Shown here piece by piece: positions 61,689 to 64,000 of a DNA stretch of 64,000 nt; positions within the stretch are counted from its first letter, which is position 1, and each line of letters starts with the position of its first letter. This DNA is from an uncultured Mollicutes bacterium (GTDB taxonomy: Bacteria; Bacillota_I; Bacilli_A; RFN20; CAG-826), in contig UQCQ01000008.1 of the NCBI GenBank assembly GCA_900539595.1, forward strand, positions 7,993 through 71,992, given 5' to 3'. The translations under genes were made by a program, and so were the position numbers. Below the pieces are notes generated by a model. The model saw only the letters and a program-made list of their open reading frames with translations, did not search any database and was not told the DNA's origin.

Positions 61689-62185
61689 AAGGGTCTAGTG
61701 GCAACTGGCTGTCTAAAAAACTAGACCCTTTAGTTTTGCGTCGCCGAATCACTTCGGTTTTGCTTTTAACCTTACTAGATTATCATTGCGCTTCCTTTTT
61801 TTCAACGAAAAGGAAGGGAATTAATCAAGGGATGGATATAAAAGAAAATAATTATCAAAAGAAAAAGCGTGCGGAATCTCTTTATCGGGTGGGGTTTCAA
61901 AGCAAGGTTTATAGCTTGAAACAGCATTTTAAAATATTAAAACGTTTTAGGATCAAGCATCTCTCCTCGGAGTAGGCGCCTAATCAATCTGACCCGCTTC
62001 GTGAATCCTAAAGGGTGAACCTCTATCGTTAATGGGATTGCATTTTGCCCCTTACCTCTCGAACCATTTCTCTAGTAACCCCGAGGTGATAGGAACAAGC
62101 GTAAAAAGCGTCGTTATTTTTCCAATCGATCATCCTTTTCCTTTCTCTTCAAGCGAAATCTGAAAAGAATTTTTGGAAGTTGAAA

Positions 62186-62237
62186 CGAAATTTGAAGCGA
62201 AATTGGCGAAATTGAAACGAAATTTTTTTCGCTTCAA
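62186..62237. repeat. 52-bp direct repeat, upstream copy, built from GAAACGAAAT/GAAGCGAAAT words
   Basis: CGAAATTTGAAGCGAAATTGGCGAAATTGAAACGAAATTTTTTTCGCTTCAA. It matches 63746-63797 with 1 mismatch and contains the inverted pair TTGAAGCGAAA...TTTCGCTTCAA. Confidence 0.9.
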
Positions 62238-62290
62238 TTGATATTAATTTCGTTTCAACTATAATTATAACAATCCAAGGAGGACGAGAT

Positions 62291-63733
62291 ATGAACCTGA
62301 GTGATTTACTAAAAAAGGATATCTTTGAAGATCGAAAAAACGAATGGAAACAACGTTTAAACGAAGAAGACCCCCTCAGTTGGCTCAAATCCGTCGCAGG
62401 TTTTGCCAACGGGAATGGCGGGACCTTATATATCGGGGTCAAAGATGACGGCACGTTATGCGGATTCACCCAAGACGAGATCGATCACGAAATGCGTTTG
62501 TTTCTTCAAAATATACGCCTCTACTTATCCCCTCGGCCTTATTTTACCACTCAATATCCACGTTATGCGGAGGGGACCCATTCGCTTTATATCATCGCCA
62601 TTAATATCCCCTCTTCGGAAATCAAACCCATCTATACCACTTATAAGGGGGCCCAAAACGTCTATCTACGGGACGAGGGCTATGTTCGTTTAGCAAGCCG
62701 AGATGAAATCGGGACGATGTATCTTCGAAGCGAAAACATTCCTTTTGATATGCAAAAAACCGACATCCGGTTTAGCCCCAAGAATTTTAAAAAGCTCTAC
62801 GTTCAATACGAACAGGCTACCGGCAAAAAACTAAATGAAAAAACGCTGGCCGCCATCTCATTTTTCGATGAATCCGGGTTCCTTCGCCAAGGGTCTTTGT
62901 TCTTTCAAGACGATTATTCCGGCGAAGATACGTTAATCAAAGCCGTACAATGGCCTTCTTTAAATCGGGCGACCGATACGTATCTACACCCCGCTTCTTT
63001 TCAGGGGAATTTGCTCGATGCGGTAGAATTTGCCCTTTCCTTTGTCCGCGGTCATTCTTCTAGTGGCTTCCAGAAAACGCCCCATGGGCGCGTCGAATAC
63101 AACGCCTACCCCAAACGTTCCGTTTACGAAGCCGTGGTGAACGCTTTTGTCCACCGCAACTACTATTTGCAGGGTTCCTTCATCACCCTCGATTTGTTCC
63201 GCGACCGCTTGGAAATTTGCTCCCCGGGATCCCTTGTCAGTGGATACGGACAAAAAGAAACCATCTACGACATCGCCTCCATTCGCCCCCAAAACCGAAA
63301 CCCCTTGATTTCTCGGGTGTTCCAACTCCTACAAATGATGGAATCCCTAGGAACGGGATTTGACAAAATCACCCAGGAATACGCTTCTTACGGGGAGAAC
63401 AAAAAGCCGTTTGTGACCATCGACCACGAGTCCTTCTTGATTACGCTTCCGGATACTCAATATGGTCCTGGCATCGTCAATGCTTCGATTGCCCCGGAAA
63501 TCCGTCATGGTTATATCGATTCCCCCACCGAATACGACGACAAAATCCTAAGCTATTGCTACGCTGCCCCCCGAAGCGTCAAAGAAATCGCCACTTACCT
63601 CGGGATATCCGTGTCTACCCATTTGCGAAAAGGAATTCTTGGCAACTTGGAATCCCAGGGATTTTTAACTCCTAATCTCAAAGGCAAGACCACTTATTAC
63701 CAATCAAACCCCGATTCGGTTTATCTCCTTTGA
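62291..63733 (+). CDS. COG2865-like putative transcriptional regulator (AlbA_2 N-domain + HATPase_c_4-like + wHTH), second intact copy
   Basis: 480-aa ORF preceded by the RBS AAGGAGGA. Motifs are NEWKQRL, AGFANGNGGTLYIGV, YEAVVNAFVHRNY, ICSPGS and ESLGTGFDKI, with a C-terminal wHTH (RSVKEIATYLGISVSTHLRKGILGNLESQGFL). Confidence 0.75.
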   Translation: MNLSDLLKKDIFEDRKNEWKQRLNEEDPLSWLKSVAGFANGNGGTLYIGVKDDGTLCGFTQDEIDHEMRLFLQNIRLYLSPRPYFTTQYPRYAEGTHSLYIIAINIPSSEIKPIYTTYKGAQNVYLRDEGYVRLASRDEIGTMYLRSENIPFDMQKTDIRFSPKNFKKLYVQYEQATGKKLNEKTLAAISFFDESGFLRQGSLFFQDDYSGEDTLIKAVQWPSLNRATDTYLHPASFQGNLLDAVEFALSFVRGHSSSGFQKTPHGRVEYNAYPKRSVYEAVVNAFVHRNYYLQGSFITLDLFRDRLEICSPGSLVSGYGQKETIYDIASIRPQNRNPLISRVFQLLQMMESLGTGFDKITQEYASYGENKKPFVTIDHESFLITLPDTQYGPGIVNASIAPEIRHGYIDSPTEYDDKILSYCYAAPRSVKEIATYLGISVSTHLRKGILGNLESQGFLTPNLKGKTTYYQSNPDSVYLL

Positions 63734-63745
63734 TTTCTTTGGAAG

Positions 63746-63797
63746 CGAAATTTGAAGCGAAATTAGCGAAATTGAAACGAAATTTTTTTCGCTTCAA
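63746..63797. repeat. 52-bp direct repeat, downstream copy
   Basis: CGAAATTTGAAGCGAAATTAGCGAAATTGAAACGAAATTTTTTTCGCTTCAA. More GAAACGAAA words follow up to about 63900. Confidence 0.9.
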
Positions 63798-64000
63798 AAA
63801 GAAGCAATTTCGCTTCAAAAAGAAAAGTTGGCTTTTTATCGAAACTTTTTGATAACGTGAAACGAAACTGAAACGAAATAATAAGTGCGAGGAAACGAAA
63901 GGAGCGGAGAATGAGTTTCCAAGAAGAAGAAATATAGAGGAAAGTAGATAGCAAAAGAAAACAAGCGTAGGCAGGCGGATTTGTCGAAAAAGGTACAAGT

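Noticed and set aside
62149-62469. 106-aa minus-strand ORFs at 62149..62469 and 63678..63998, with similar repetitive products
   Set aside because: Both are translations of the GAAACGAAAT word repeats and overlap the well-supported + strand regulator gene.

Overview
Gene-dense 64-kb stretch, mostly on the minus strand, that looks like the chromosome of an anaerobic fermentative Bacillota (Firmicutes)-type bacterium using the standard genetic code. It falls into four blocks. (1) 1-7.4 kb is a tightly coupled core redox operon: rex, adhE, a [2Fe-2S] protein, a PAS-containing sensory [FeFe] hydrogenase, a PP2C phosphatase and a catalytic [FeFe] hydrogenase (hfsABCD-like). (2) 7.4-16.5 kb is an accessory patch. 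It holds a DUF3800 gene set among three copies of a ~150-nt conserved, probably structured RNA element, a PfkB sugar kinase, an AAA/DUF4143 ATPase, an orphan AbiEi antitoxin, an XRE-fusion protein, a PD-(D/E)XK protein and several short tandem word arrays. (3) 16.5-38.4 kb is one ~22-kb co-directional cluster. It encodes at least 10 secreted proteins sharing a TasA/SipW-like N-terminal signal (G-F-A-A-W type), an archaeal/ER-type SipW signal peptidase and an ABC ATPase/permease pair. Unexpectedly it also encodes a membrane-anchored McrB-like AAA+ protein with a zinc-ribbon partner. The distal genes are AT-rich, one carries a G10 tract, and the last has a C-terminal Hint domain. (4) 39.5-64 kb contains same-strand fragments of COG2865-like regulators, a type II Thoeris locus (thsB, thsA with TM+Macro, thsB), and an ASCH + 801-aa membrane protein cassette bracketed by a duplicated terminator. 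It also holds a second set of TasA-like paralogs (FAWF-x-x-NR signal) and a 1346-aa adhesin-like protein, interrupted by an opposite-strand COG2865-like regulator plus a second orphan AbiEi. I recognised no rRNA, tRNA, CRISPR array, integrase or transposase. All domain calls are by eye from motifs and architecture; none was verified by a database search.
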